A DNA stretch of 64,000 nt. Source: Armatimonadota bacterium. Its GTDB lineage: Bacteria > Armatimonadota > SYMT01. The stretch spans positions 448,001 to 512,000 of the forward strand of contig JAWLHY010000002.1 of assembly GCA_041690135.1 (NCBI GenBank), given 5' to 3'. Below are positions 27,024 to 37,449 of the stretch, in pieces. Positions within the stretch are counted from its first letter, which is position 1. The number at the start of each line of letters is the position of its first letter. Position numbers and translations under genes: made by a program. The notes under the pieces were generated by a model that had not been told where the DNA came from, ran no database searches, and saw nothing but the letters and a program-made list of their open reading frames with translations.

Positions 27024-29894
27024 GTGAAGTATCGAAGCGCGTCAGTTCTTACGGGAGCGATCGCAGCCTCCGGGCTGCTCTCGGCGGCTCTGCCCGCGTC
27101 GGCAGCCCCGCGGCGCGTCTCCTCCAGCGCACGCAAGGCGCCGGCAAGCCCCCGCAACTCCAAAGCGACAGCGCGGAAACCGGTGTCCCGGAAGCCCGCG
27201 CCTCGCAAGCGCACTCCACTGGCCATGCCGGCGGGGCCGGTACTGGAGGCGCTCCAGATCCAACCAGCAACCGTGACCCTGGAGGGCCGCCGTGCCCAGC
27301 AACTGCTGGTGGTCACCGGCCGGTACTCCGACGGCTCCCTTCGGGACCTTTCCACGCAGGTGAAGTACGCCACGGACCAGGCGCGGGTGGCCGCCATCTC
27401 AGCCACGGGTCTCGTCAAACCCGTGGCGGACGGGGAGACGGTGGTCAAGGCCTACTTGGGGAAGATCGGCGCCAAGGTTCCGGTAACGGTGGCCGCGGCG
27501 GCCGACTCGGCGCCTCCCAGCTTCATGCGGGACGTGGTGCCGGTGTTGACCCAGGCCGGCTGCAACTCGCTCTCCTGCCACGGCTCGCCGGTGGGGAAGG
27601 CCGGGTTCAAGCTCTCGATGTACGGCTTCGAGCCGAACCTCGACTTCGAGGCGATCGTGAAGCAGGAGCGGTCCGTGCCGGAGAAGGGGAAGCGGATCGA
27701 CCTCGCCGCGGCGAACCGCAGCTTGTTCCTGATCAAGCCGACCATGCAGACGCCCCACCAGGGCGGCATGCGGTTCAAGATCGGCTCCCCGGAGTACCGC
27801 ACCCTGGAAGCCTGGCTGAAGTCCGGCGCGCCGATGGACCCGCTCGACCCGCTGCCGGTCGTCACTCGCGTGGAAGTGCTGCCGGCGGAGCGGGTGCTGC
27901 CGAAGGCCGGCGCGAAGCAGCGCCTGGTGGTGATGGCGCATTACTCGGACGGCACGGCTGAGGACGTGACCCACAAGGCGATCTACGCCAGTAACGACGA
28001 CTCGGTGGCGACTCCCGACCCGGAAGGCGTCACCGCGGCCGGAGTGGGGGAGACGATCGTCCTCGCCCGCTACCTGGGGCGGGTCGGCACGGCGCAGTTC
28101 CTCATCCCCCAGCCGGATCCGGTGACGGACCGCGACTACACGGGTTTCCAGCCGGTCAACTTCATCGACCAGTTGACGCTGGCGAAGTGGAAGAAGATGC
28201 GGTTCGTCCCCTCCGAGCCCGCCACGGACGCCGAGTTCCTCCGCCGCGTCTCCCTGGACCTCACCGGCACCCTGCCCACCGCCGACGAGACGCGCGCGTT
28301 CCTGGCAGCGTGTGATGCGGAACGCCGGGTTGGTGCCTCGAGCAAAGCGCACGGGAGCAGTGGGGCCGGGGGGCCTGGTGAACAGAACAGGTACGGGTTG
28401 ACAGAACGCAGGGGGGTAGGGGGGCAGAGAGCGGGGGAGAGACAGGCTCTGCGCACCGCAGCAGCCCGTGATCCCCAGGGTTCCCCTTACGCAATACGCA
28501 ATACGCAATACGCAGCGGGTTCCCAATACGCAATACGTAACACGCAGTACGCAGACCCCGGAACCACCGCGCCCGCCCTGAAGACGCGTGCCAAGCTGGT
28601 CGAAGAACTCCTGAACCGCCCCGAATACGCCGACTGGTGGACCCTCTTCTGGGGCGACAACCTGCGGAACAACAGCCGCCTGATCCAGGCCAACGGCGCG
28701 AAAGCCTACCGGGACTGGATCCACAAGAACGTGGCGGAGAACCGGCCCTACAACGAGTTCGTCCGCGAACTGGTGACCGCCCGCGGCAAGAACTTCAGCA
28801 ACGGCGCCGTGAACTTCTTCCGCGTGGCGCGCAACGCCCAGGAGCAGGCCGAGCAGACGGCGCAGGTCTTCCTGGGGGTCCGTCTCCAGTGCGCCAACTG
28901 CCACAACCACCCTTCGGAGAAGTGGACCCGCACGAGCTACCACCGGTTCGCGGCCCTGTTCTCGAAGACGACTTCGAAGAACGTCGGCAAGGGGGAGGTC
29001 GAGATCCTGGCCAACCCCAAGGGGTCCTACCGCAGCCCCATCACCAACCGTCCCCTGGAGCCGGCCGTGCTGGAGGACAGCCCGCCCGACATGCCGGAAG
29101 ACCGGGACTACCGCGAGGTCCTGGGCGAATGGCTGGTAAGCCCCGAGAACCCGCTCTTCGCCCGCAACCTGGTGAACCGCGTCTGGGCGCAGCTCTTCGG
29201 GAAGGGGATCATCGACCCCGTCGACGACGTCCGCGTCACCAACCCGCCGGTAAACGAGGCGCTCCTCGACGCGCTGGCCCGCGATTTCGTGGCGCACAAC
29301 TACGACGTGAAGCACCTGCTGCGGACCATCGTCAGCTCGCGCACCTACCAGCTATCCGTCCGGGCCAACCGGTGGAATGGGAAGGACCGCCAGAATTTCT
29401 CACGGGCCTACCACCGCCGGCTCAAGGCGGAAGCCCTGCTGGATGCGTACTGCCAGGTAACGGACCAGCCGGAGAGCTACCGCGGCCACCCGGCCGGAAC
29501 CCGCGCCATCCAGTTGGTCGACAACCGGGTCGCCAGTTACTTCATGGACATCTTCGGCCGGCCCCGGCGCGAGGTGGTCTGCGCCTGCGAGCGAGAGGAG
29601 ACGGCCACCCTGACCCAGGCCCTCCACCTGATCAACGGCGACACGCTCAACCGGAAGATCGCCGCCTCGAAAGGGAGAGTCGCGAGCCTGCTGGACCCCG
29701 CCGCCAACCCGCCGTGGTCCGATGCAGCCGTGGTCGAGGAGCTGTACCTTGGGTCGCTCAACCGGTTCCCTACGCCGGAGGAGAGTGCGGAGGCGGTCCG
29801 GCAGATCGAGGCCGCCGGCAAGGAGCGCCGCGCCGCTGTTGAGGACCTGCTCTGGGTCCTGCTCAATTCCACGGAATTCCAGTTCAATCACTGA
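27024..29894 (+). CDS. DUF1549/DUF1553 protein with two Ig-like (Big_2) domains; carries a ~90-aa in-frame insertion
   Basis: [47 protein letters not shown]-terminal EFQFNH. Confidence 0.9.
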   Translation: MKYRSASVLTGAIAASGLLSAALPASAAPRRVSSSARKAPASPRNSKATARKPVSRKPAPRKRTPLAMPAGPVLEALQIQPATVTLEGRRAQQLLVVTGRYSDGSLRDLSTQVKYATDQARVAAISATGLVKPVADGETVVKAYLGKIGAKVPVTVAAAADSAPPSFMRDVVPVLTQAGCNSLSCHGSPVGKAGFKLSMYGFEPNLDFEAIVKQERSVPEKGKRIDLAAANRSLFLIKPTMQTPHQGGMRFKIGSPEYRTLEAWLKSGAPMDPLDPLPVVTRVEVLPAERVLPKAGAKQRLVVMAHYSDGTAEDVTHKAIYASNDDSVATPDPEGVTAAGVGETIVLARYLGRVGTAQFLIPQPDPVTDRDYTGFQPVNFIDQLTLAKWKKMRFVPSEPATDAEFLRRVSLDLTGTLPTADETRAFLAACDAERRVGASSKAHGSSGAGGPGEQNRYGLTERRGVGGQRAGERQALRTAAARDPQGSPYAIRNTQYAAGSQYAIRNTQYADPGTTAPALKTRAKLVEELLNRPEYADWWTLFWGDNLRNNSRLIQANGAKAYRDWIHKNVAENRPYNEFVRELVTARGKNFSNGAVNFFRVARNAQEQAEQTAQVFLGVRLQCANCHNHPSEKWTRTSYHRFAALFSKTTSKNVGKGEVEILANPKGSYRSPITNRPLEPAVLEDSPPDMPEDRDYREVLGEWLVSPENPLFARNLVNRVWAQLFGKGIIDPVDDVRVTNPPVNEALLDALARDFVAHNYDVKHLLRTIVSSRTYQLSVRANRWNGKDRQNFSRAYHRRLKAEALLDAYCQVTDQPESYRGHPAGTRAIQLVDNRVASYFMDIFGRPRREVVCACEREETATLTQALHLINGDTLNRKIAASKGRVASLLDPAANPPWSDAAVVEELYLGSLNRFPTPEESAEAVRQIEAAGKERRAAVEDLLWVLLNSTEFQFNH
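28308..28580 (+). repeat. In-frame insertion element, copy 1, with TACGCAA heptamer arrays
   Basis: Interrupts the DUF1549 AFLA...RAKLV motif; tacgcaa-like x4 at 28488-28515 and x4 at 28527-28554; homologous to 34804-35127. Confidence 0.8.
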
Positions 29895-29906
29895 AGGACT
29901 TACCAC

Positions 29907-31226
29907 ATGAGAAACCTGGTTCTTAATCGCCGGGCTTCGGCGAACTGCGAGGGAGTGAGTCGCCGGGACCTGCTGCGGGTCGGCACGCTGGGGGCATTCG
30001 GGCTGTCGCTGCCGGAATTCCTCCGGATGCGCCAGGCGGCCGCGGACAGCAAGAAGGCGGTCCGCGACCGCAATTGCATCCTGCTGTTCATGAACGGCGG
30101 CCCCTCGCACATCGATACCTGGGACCCCAAGCCCGACGCGCCCGCCGAGTACCGGGGCGAGTTCAATCCGATCTCCCCCAGCGGCGCGGAGTTCCAGATC
30201 AGCGAGCACCTGCCCCGGATGGCGGAGGTCGGCAACCGGTTCTCCGTGGTGCGGTCGCTCACCAGCCCGGAGGGAAGCCACGAGCGGGCCTGCCACTACA
30301 TGCTCACCGGCTACCGGATCCTGCCGACCCTGGAGTATCCCGCCTACGGCTCCGTGATCCTGAAGGAGAAGGGCTTCAAGTCGAGCCTGCCGCCGTACAT
30401 CGCCATCCCCTCCACCCTGCGCGGCGGCACTCCCGGCTACCTCGGCACGGTTTACCAGCCGTTCTCCGTCGGCAGCCCGAGCAGCAAGGATGGCTCGATC
30501 AGCGTCCGGGACGTGAATTCACCCGTGGGAGATGCCCGGATGCGTGCCCGCGCCGAGCTTCTCCGCCGCCGCGACGCCGCCTTCCGGAACGAGGACCCGG
30601 ACGGCACCCTGGCCACGCTGGACGAGTACTACCAGCGCGCCTACGACCTGGTGAACTCTTCGGCCGCGAAGAAGGCGTTCGACCTCTCAACCGAGCCGGA
30701 CGCGCTGAAGGACCGCTACGGCCGGCACAGCTTCGGGATGGGATGCCTGCTGGCCCGCCGCCTGATCGAGGCGGGGACCCGCTTCGTCACGATCTCGCTC
30801 GGCGGCTGGGACACTCACAGCAAGAACTTCCCGAACCTGCGCGATAAGCAGTTGCCGCCGCTCGACGCCGGCTTCGCCTCCCTGATCGAGGACCTTTCCG
30901 ACCGCGGCCTGCTGGACGACACGCTGGTCGTCTGGATGGGCGAGTTCGGCCGGACCCCCAAGATCAACAAGAACGCCGGCCGCGACCACTACCCCAAGTG
31001 CCAGAGCGTGGTCTTCGCCGGCGGCGGCACCCCGGGCGGCCAGGCCATCGGCCGGAGCGACAAAACGGCGAGTCTCCCCGAGGAGCGCCCCGTCACCCCG
31101 GAAGACATGGCCGCCACGATCTACAGCATCCTCGGCATCGACGGCCACAAGACCTACACCACCTCCACCGGCCGTCCCATCCGTATTGCGGAGAAAGGTG
31201 AAGTTATCAACGAGTTGACAGGCTAA
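29907..31226 (+). CDS. DUF1501 domain protein
   Basis: SRRDLL, GGPSHIDTWDPKP, CLLARRLIEAG, GWDTH, GEFGRTP, GRDH. Confidence 0.92.
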   Translation: MRNLVLNRRASANCEGVSRRDLLRVGTLGAFGLSLPEFLRMRQAAADSKKAVRDRNCILLFMNGGPSHIDTWDPKPDAPAEYRGEFNPISPSGAEFQISEHLPRMAEVGNRFSVVRSLTSPEGSHERACHYMLTGYRILPTLEYPAYGSVILKEKGFKSSLPPYIAIPSTLRGGTPGYLGTVYQPFSVGSPSSKDGSISVRDVNSPVGDARMRARAELLRRRDAAFRNEDPDGTLATLDEYYQRAYDLVNSSAAKKAFDLSTEPDALKDRYGRHSFGMGCLLARRLIEAGTRFVTISLGGWDTHSKNFPNLRDKQLPPLDAGFASLIEDLSDRGLLDDTLVVWMGEFGRTPKINKNAGRDHYPKCQSVVFAGGGTPGGQAIGRSDKTASLPEERPVTPEDMAATIYSILGIDGHKTYTTSTGRPIRIAEKGEVINELTG

Positions 31227-31254
31227 CCGTACTCCTAACTGCGTTTCGCCCGTG

Positions 31255-31300
31255 GGCTCCCCCTCTCTGCGTCGGAGAGGGGGCGGGGGGTGAGGTTACT
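31255..31300. repeat. REP-like palindrome (CCCCTCTC-tgcgtc-GGAGAGGGG...GGGGTGAGG)
   Basis: Identical to 41843-41889 except for a 1-nt indel. Confidence 0.85.
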
Positions 31301-31404
31301 TTGGTCACCGCAGCCGTTAAAGGTAAACCCCATTCCATCACTCGCCCATTCGCCCAGCCTCGGTCCCCATCAATTCGCGTCCATTCGTCCCATTCGCGGA
31401 TCGC

Positions 31405-32220
31405 TCAGGCCCGGAAACCCAGCAGCCGCGCGAGGTTGAGTCCCTTGACCTTGGCCCGGTCCGCTTCGGAGTACTCCGGCATGTGCGCGTCCACGATGCT
31501 CGGGCTACCGCTCCCCCACACCAGGCGGTCCGGCCCGAACTCCCGGATCACCCGCCGGGTGAAGGGCCGGGCGCTTGCGTAATGGGGGGCGTCGGTCGCG
31601 AAGTGGTTGAGGCCGGAGAGCTTCATATAAACGTTGGGGAGAGACGCCAGCTCGAGCACGTCCGCGTACTCCACCGCGTCCCCCATGTGCGGTTCGGCCA
31701 GGTGGTCGATCAGGACGGTGCACCCTGGAAACGCCCGGATCGCCTCCCCGGCTTGCCGGGCATAGTTCGGCCCGATGTGCAGCTCCACGATGAGGCCCAG
31801 GTCCACCGCCGTCCCCCAGAGCGCCCGCACGCCGGTGTCCGCGAAGCTGTGCAGGTACATCTCCTTGCCGCGGTGAGCGTGGAACCGCATGGCGACCATC
31901 CGCGGCTCCCGCGCCGCGAGATCCCGCAGCTTACGCGGGGCGTCCGGGTCGTCGGGGTAGTAGAGGAAGGTGCCGCGCAGGCGCTCCGGCTCACGTTCCA
32001 GGCATTCCAGAATCAGCCGGTGGTCGTCCCCGTAGGGCTCCGGGTGCACGATCACCGCCCGGTCGATCCCCTCCCGCTCCATCCGCTCCAGGTAGGCGCC
32101 CAGCGGGTCCGCGGGTTGCTCCGACACGTCCGGTCGGTACGCGGCACGAGGGTGGAATGGGTATCGCTCCAGGTCCGGGCTGAAGATGTGAGCATTCCAT
32201 TCGATGATCATCGAGCTCAT
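31405..32220 (-). CDS. Amidohydrolase family protein (Amidohydro_2)
   Basis: EWNAHIF, GIDRAVIVHP, LIDHLAEP, PNVYMKLSG, FGPDRLVWGS. Confidence 0.85.
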   Translation of the reverse strand: MSSMIIEWNAHIFSPDLERYPFHPRAAYRPDVSEQPADPLGAYLERMEREGIDRAVIVHPEPYGDDHRLILECLEREPERLRGTFLYYPDDPDAPRKLRDLAAREPRMVAMRFHAHRGKEMYLHSFADTGVRALWGTAVDLGLIVELHIGPNYARQAGEAIRAFPGCTVLIDHLAEPHMGDAVEYADVLELASLPNVYMKLSGLNHFATDAPHYASARPFTRRVIREFGPDRLVWGSGSPSIVDAHMPEYSEADRAKVKGLNLARLLGFRA

Positions 32221-32316
32221 AGACTACCTTTTGTTTCTCTCCGTTCGATCCAAACTCGCGCAACCGGTCGCACGACGGGGTGTCAGAAGCGCCGTCACTT
32301 CCTGGAGAGTGTTCCA

Positions 32317-35300
32317 ATGGCGGAGCGCGAAGGCACAACCTGGCGAACGGCCGCGGCGGCAGGCGTGATCCTGGTGCTTCCGGCCTCGCTGGCCCTGGTT
32401 TCGGGCGCCCGAGCCGCGGCCCCGGCGGTCTCTCCAAGCGCTTCTCCTTCGCAGCCGCGGACGGCGCCTGTTGCCCCGGTAGATTTCAACCGCGACGTTC
32501 GCCCGCTCCTCTCCGAAAACTGCTTCACCTGCCACGGCCCGGACGCGAACCAGCGACAGGGCAACCTGCGGCTTGACCTGCGCGAGGGGGCGCTCGCGGA
32601 CCTGGGTGGGCGCCGGGCCGTGGTTCCCGGCCAGCCGGCCCGAAGCGAGCTGCTGCGCCGGCTCCTGACCCACGACGCCGACCTGCGGATGCCGCCGGCC
32701 GCCACGGGAAAGCGCCTCACGACGGCCCAGGTGGAGACGCTCCGGCGCTGGATCGCGCAGGGAGCGAAGTGGCAGCAGCACTGGTCGCTGATCCCGCCGG
32801 TCCGGCCGCCGCTGCCCGCGGTGAAGCAGAAGAGTTGGCCCCGGAACGCCCTGGATACCTTCGTGCTGGCGCGCCTGGAGCGGGAGGGCTTGAAGCCGTC
32901 CCCGGAGGCGGACCGCGCCACGCTGATCCGGCGGGTGTCCCTGGACCTGACCGGTATCCCGCCCACGCCGCGGGAAGTGGACGCGTTCCTGGCCGACCGC
33001 TCCCCGGATGCCTATGAGAAGGTGGTCGGCCGCCTGCTGGCCTCACCCCGGTTCGGCGAGCGGATGGCGGCGCGGTGGCTGGATGCGGCGCGGTATGCGG
33101 ACACCAACGGTTACCAGAGCGACGGCGAGCGGCACATGTGGCGCTGGCGGGACTGGGTCATCGACGCCTACAACCAGGACATGCCGTACGATCGCTTTAC
33201 GGTGGAGCAGATCGCCGGGGACCTCCTGCCCAACGCCACCCTGGAGCAAAAGATCGCCAGCGGCTTCAACCGGAACCACCGGGGCAACGGCGAGGGCGGC
33301 ATCATCCCGGAAGAGTACCTGGTGGAGTACGCGGTGGACCGGGTGGAGACCACCAGCACCGTATTCCTGGGGCTCACCATGGGCTGCGCGCGCTGCCACG
33401 ACCACAAGTACGATCCGCTCACCCAGCGCGACTTTTACCGGTTCTACGCCTACTTCAACAACATCCCGGAGCGCGGGCGGGCGAACAAGTTCGGCAACTC
33501 GCCGCCGATGATCCCGGCCCCCACGCGCGAGCAACAGGCCGGCCTCACCCGGCTGGAGCAGCGGCTGGCGCGGGCGGAACAGCAGTTCCAGGAGCTCTCG
33601 AGCCAGCGCACGGCACAACAGCAGGCTTGGGAACGGACCCTGGCCGGAGCGGAGATCCTCGACTGGAGCCCGACCGATGAGCTGGAATGCCGGTTCGGTC
33701 TCGACGGTGACGCCCGACCCGAGGGGATTCCGCCGCAGCGTGGCCCGCTCCAGCCGCGCTTCGTGGATGGGGAGGCGGTGTTCGGTCCCGGTAGGGTCGG
33801 CCGGGCGCCGCAGTTCGATGGGCGCCGCTTCGTCGAGGCGGGTAACCTGGGGGACTTCGGCTTCTACGACCGGTTCACGCTGGCAGCCTGGTTCCGGGCC
33901 GACGACGCACAGGGGGGCACGATCCTCTCCCGGATGACCGATACGGCTCGGGCGGACGGCTACAGCGTGGTGCTGAAGGACGGCCGAATCCAGGTGAACC
34001 TGGTGAAGCGCTGGCTCGACGACGCTCTGCGATTGGAAACAGAGACCGCCGTGCGTCCGGGCGAGTGGCATCACGTGGCCGTGACCTACGACGGCACGCG
34101 CGTGGGGACGGGGGTGAAGGTCTACCTCGACGGGGTGCCGGTGAAGACGCGCCTCCTCCTCGACGAGTTGAACCAGTCGTTCAACAATCAGGAACCGCTG
34201 CGCATCGGGGCGGGCGGCGGGCCGAATGGGCGCTTCCGGGGCCAGATCGACGAAGTGCACGTCTACCGCCGCGTCCTCGACCCGGAAGAAGCGGCGATGC
34301 TGGCCGTCCCGGAGACGGTGACCGCCATTACCACCGTGCCGGCGCGGATGCGGAACCCCTCGCAGGTCGCCAAGATCGCCAACTGCTACCTGGAGCGATA
34401 CGCCCCCGAGCCGCTGCGCAAGAACCGCGAGGAAGTGATCCGGCTGCGCAAGGAGCGGGCCCGGATGATCGACTCCTTCCCGACCGTGATGGTGATGGAA
34501 GAGAAGCCGGTCCCGGCGGAGACGTTTGTCCTGATCCGCGGCCAGTACGACAGGCCGGGTGAAAAGGTCACGCGCGGGGTGCCGGCCAGCCTCCCTCCGC
34601 TGCCCGGAGCGGGCCGGAACGACCGCCTCGCCCTGGCGCGCTGGCTCGTCAGCCCCAACCACCCGCTCACCGCCCGCGTCGCCGTCAACCGCACCTGGCA
34701 GATGCTCTTCGGCGCCGGCCTGGTGAAAACCGCGGAAGACTTCGGCTCCCAGGGCGCCCTGCCCTCGCACCCGGAACTGCTGGATTATTTGGCAGTTCGC
34801 TTTGCCGGAGGCGCCGTGGAGGACAAGCCGGCTACGGTGACCCAAGCGCAAGGGGGTAAGGGTGCAGGGCGGAGGGGAGAGGGAGAGGCGGTTGCCCAGA
34901 ACCGGTACGGCTTGGCCGCACGCAAGGACCCAGGGGAGAAGGGAGGTAGGGGTAACCGAAATCTGCGAACCGCAGCTGCTTCTGACCCCAGAGGTTCGCA
35001 TTACCGGGTGCCCACTGGGCGACGCAATACGCAATACACGGCTGATTCGCGATCATCCTTCATCCTTCATCCTTCATCCTTCCGAACAGGCCCCCGATCC
35101 CCAGCCCCCAACCCCGGCGAAGGCCTGGGTTGGAGCACCAAGGCGCTCCTCCGCCTCATCGTCACCAGCGCCACCTATCGCCAGTCGTCGCGGGTGACGC
35201 CGGATCTGCTGGAGCGAGATCCCGAGAACCGGCTGCTGGCGCGGGGTCCCCGCTTCCGGTTACCAGCGGAGATGGTGCGGGACCAGGCGCTGACGGCGAG

Positions 35301-35874
35301 CGGGCTGCTGGTGGAGAAGGTGGGAGGCCCCTCCGTGAAGCCCTACCAGCCGCCGGGGATCTGGAAAGACCTGGCGGGCGGCGAGGACTACCAGCCCGGA
35401 ACCGGGGACGATCTCTATCGCCGCAGCCTCTACACCTTCTGGAAGCGGACCGCGCCGCCTCCCGCGCTCACGGCGTTCGACGCGGCGGGACGGGAAACAT
35501 GCGTGGTGCGGGAGTCCCGCACCAACACCCCGCTCCAGGCGCTCAACTTGATGAACGACGTGACCTATGTGGAAGCGGCGCGCGCCCTGGCCCAGCAGGT
35601 GTTGCGGGAGGGTCCCGCCACCGCGGAAGAGCGGTTGAGCCGGGTCTTTCGCCGCGTCCTGGTGCGCCGGCCGCGCCCGGATGAGCGCCGGGTCCTCCGG
35701 GAGGCGTTCGAGGCGCAGTTAAGCAGGTTCCGCAGCGATCGGAAGGCCGCGGCCGCCCTGGTCGCCGTGGGAGAGTCCCGGGCCGACCCGCGCCTCGATC
35801 CGGCCGAGCTGGCTGCCTACACCACCGTTGCGAGCCTGGTGTTCAACCTGGACGAAGCGGTCACCAAGGAATGA
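32317..35874 (+). CDS. Planctomycete cytochrome c / DUF1549 / LamG / DUF1553 protein; carries a ~108-aa in-frame insertion
   Basis: [34 protein letters not shown], Lam[29 protein letters not shown]. Confidence 0.92.
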   Translation: MAEREGTTWRTAAAAGVILVLPASLALVSGARAAAPAVSPSASPSQPRTAPVAPVDFNRDVRPLLSENCFTCHGPDANQRQGNLRLDLREGALADLGGRRAVVPGQPARSELLRRLLTHDADLRMPPAATGKRLTTAQVETLRRWIAQGAKWQQHWSLIPPVRPPLPAVKQKSWPRNALDTFVLARLEREGLKPSPEADRATLIRRVSLDLTGIPPTPREVDAFLADRSPDAYEKVVGRLLASPRFGERMAARWLDAARYADTNGYQSDGERHMWRWRDWVIDAYNQDMPYDRFTVEQIAGDLLPNATLEQKIASGFNRNHRGNGEGGIIPEEYLVEYAVDRVETTSTVFLGLTMGCARCHDHKYDPLTQRDFYRFYAYFNNIPERGRANKFGNSPPMIPAPTREQQAGLTRLEQRLARAEQQFQELSSQRTAQQQAWERTLAGAEILDWSPTDELECRFGLDGDARPEGIPPQRGPLQPRFVDGEAVFGPGRVGRAPQFDGRRFVEAGNLGDFGFYDRFTLAAWFRADDAQGGTILSRMTDTARADGYSVVLKDGRIQVNLVKRWLDDALRLETETAVRPGEWHHVAVTYDGTRVGTGVKVYLDGVPVKTRLLLDELNQSFNNQEPLRIGAGGGPNGRFRGQIDEVHVYRRVLDPEEAAMLAVPETVTAITTVPARMRNPSQVAKIANCYLERYAPEPLRKNREEVIRLRKERARMIDSFPTVMVMEEKPVPAETFVLIRGQYDRPGEKVTRGVPASLPPLPGAGRNDRLALARWLVSPNHPLTARVAVNRTWQMLFGAGLVKTAEDFGSQGALPSHPELLDYLAVRFAGGAVEDKPATVTQAQGGKGAGRRGEGEAVAQNRYGLAARKDPGEKGGRGNRNLRTAAASDPRGSHYRVPTGRRNTQYTADSRSSFILHPSSFRTGPRSPAPNPGEGLGWSTKALLRLIVTSATYRQSSRVTPDLLERDPENRLLARGPRFRLPAEMVRDQALTASGLLVEKVGGPSVKPYQPPGIWKDLAGGEDYQPGTGDDLYRRSLYTFWKRTAPPPALTAFDAAGRETCVVRESRTNTPLQALNLMNDVTYVEAARALAQQVLREGPATAEERLSRVFRRVLVRRPRPDERRVLREAFEAQLSRFRSDRKAAAALVAVGESRADPRLDPAELAAYTTVASLVFNLDEAVTKE
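34804..35127 (+). repeat. In-frame insertion element, copy 2, with ACGCAAT and TTCATCC heptamers
   Basis: Interrupts the DUF1553 LLDYLAVRF...GWSTKALL motif; shares QNRYGL-x16-LRTAAAxDPxGS and RNTQY with copy 1. Confidence 0.8.
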
Positions 35875-37370
35875 GGAACACGCCGATGGAGGGGGATCCG
35901 CGTGCGGAGCTTGCAAGGCTCTTGAGCCGCCGGCAGTTGTTCGGCCAGGCAGGGTCCGGTGTCGGCCTGGCCGCGCTCGCCGCCTTACTCCAGAACGAGG
36001 GTCGCACGGCGCCGGCGCAACCGAAGGTCCAAGCTCAGACTGCCGCTGCTCCACCTGGTATGACGGCAGCCACCCACCCGGCGCGGGCCAAGCGGGTCAT
36101 CTACCTGTTCCAATCCGGCGCGCCCTCGCAGATGGACCTCTTCGACTACAAGCCGAAGCTCCGGGACCTGCGCGGGACCGAGCTGCCGGACTCCGTGCGC
36201 CAGGGCCAGCGGCTGACAGGGATGACCTCGCGCCAGGAAAGCTTTCCGGTGGCCCCCAGCCGCTTCGCCTTCGCGCAGCACGGCAAGAGTGGCGCCTGGA
36301 TCAGCGAGTTGATGCCGCACACGGCGCGGCTCGCGGACGAGCTGTGCTTCGTGAAGTCGATGCACACGGAGGCGATCAACCACGACCCGGCCGTCACCTT
36401 CTTCCAGACGGGAGCGCAACTGGCGGGGAGGCCCAGCATCGGCGCGTGGGTGGCGTACGGTCTCGGCAGCGAGAACCGCGACCTTCCCGCCTTCATCGTG
36501 CTGGTTTCGCAGGGCACCGGCAATCCCAACGACCAACCCCTCTACGACCGCCTGTGGGGGAGCGGCTTCCTTCCCACGCGCTACCAGGGGGTGAAGCTGC
36601 GGGCCGGGAACGAGCCGGTCCTGTACCTGTCGAACCCCGCGGGGCTGTCCGGCGCTGCCCGGCGGCGCTTCCTCGATGACCTCGCCCGGCTCAACCAGCT
36701 CAAGCTCAAGGAAGCCGGCGACCCCGAGATCCAGACGCGGATCGCCCAGTACGAGCTGGCGTTCCGCATGCAGGCCTCCGTGCCGGAGCTCACCGACGTC
36801 TCCCAGGAGCCGGAGCGGGTGTTCGAACGGTACGGACCGGAAGCCCGTAAGCCGGGCACCTTCGCCCGGAACTGCCTGCTGGCCCGGCGGCTGGCCGAAC
36901 GCGGCGTGCGGTTCATCGAGCTCTTCCATCGCGGCTGGGACCAGCACACCTCCCTGCCGAAGCAGATCGCCGGCCAGTGCCGCGACACGGACCAACCCTC
37001 GGCCGCCCTCCTCCTGGACCTCAAAGAGCGCGGGCTCCTCGACGACACGCTGGTCGTGTGGGGAGGCGAGTTCGGCCGCACGGTCTACTGCCAGGGCACG
37101 CTCACCGCGACCGACTACGGCCGGGACCATCACCCCCGCTGCTTCACCGTCTGGCTGGCGGGTGGAGGCGTGAAGCCGGGCATCTCCTACGGCGAGACCG
37201 ACGACTTCTCCTACAACATCGTGAAGGACCCGGTGCACGTCCACGACCTGCACGCCACGCTCCTCCACCTGCTGGGGGTGGAGCACACAAAGCTGACCTA
37301 CCGCTTCCAGGGCCGCGACTTCCGCCTCACGGATGTCCACGGAGAACTTGTACGCCCCATCCTGGCATGA
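35871..37370 (+). CDS. DUF1501 domain protein
   Basis: AKRVIYLFQSGAPSQMDLFDYKP, NCLLARRLAERGVRF, GWDQH, GEFGRT, GRDHH. Confidence 0.92.
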   Translation: MRNTPMEGDPRAELARLLSRRQLFGQAGSGVGLAALAALLQNEGRTAPAQPKVQAQTAAAPPGMTAATHPARAKRVIYLFQSGAPSQMDLFDYKPKLRDLRGTELPDSVRQGQRLTGMTSRQESFPVAPSRFAFAQHGKSGAWISELMPHTARLADELCFVKSMHTEAINHDPAVTFFQTGAQLAGRPSIGAWVAYGLGSENRDLPAFIVLVSQGTGNPNDQPLYDRLWGSGFLPTRYQGVKLRAGNEPVLYLSNPAGLSGAARRRFLDDLARLNQLKLKEAGDPEIQTRIAQYELAFRMQASVPELTDVSQEPERVFERYGPEARKPGTFARNCLLARRLAERGVRFIELFHRGWDQHTSLPKQIAGQCRDTDQPSAALLLDLKERGLLDDTLVVWGGEFGRTVYCQGTLTATDYGRDHHPRCFTVWLAGGGVKPGISYGETDDFSYNIVKDPVHVHDLHATLLHLLGVEHTKLTYRFQGRDFRLTDVHGELVRPILA

Positions 37371-37449
37371 GGCGGATCTGTCGGGAGAGGGGTGTGCGCT
37401 ATGCAAGTCCACCCTTCAGCGTAAGGCCCGCAGATCAGTCGTTCACTCT

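Noticed and set aside
31483-32316. N-terminal extension of the 1463-aa ORF (and similar extensions at 3596, 23425, 51011, 55454)
   Set aside because: They overlap real neighbouring genes or lack family motifs; better downstream starts with SD, signal peptide or stop-start overlap exist.
28308-35127. In-frame insertions as inteins or group I/II introns
   Set aside because: There is no C-terminal His-Asn followed by Cys/Ser/Thr, no Hint-like blocks and no recognisable intron domain V or P-Q-R-S elements; the inserts are short and low-complexity.
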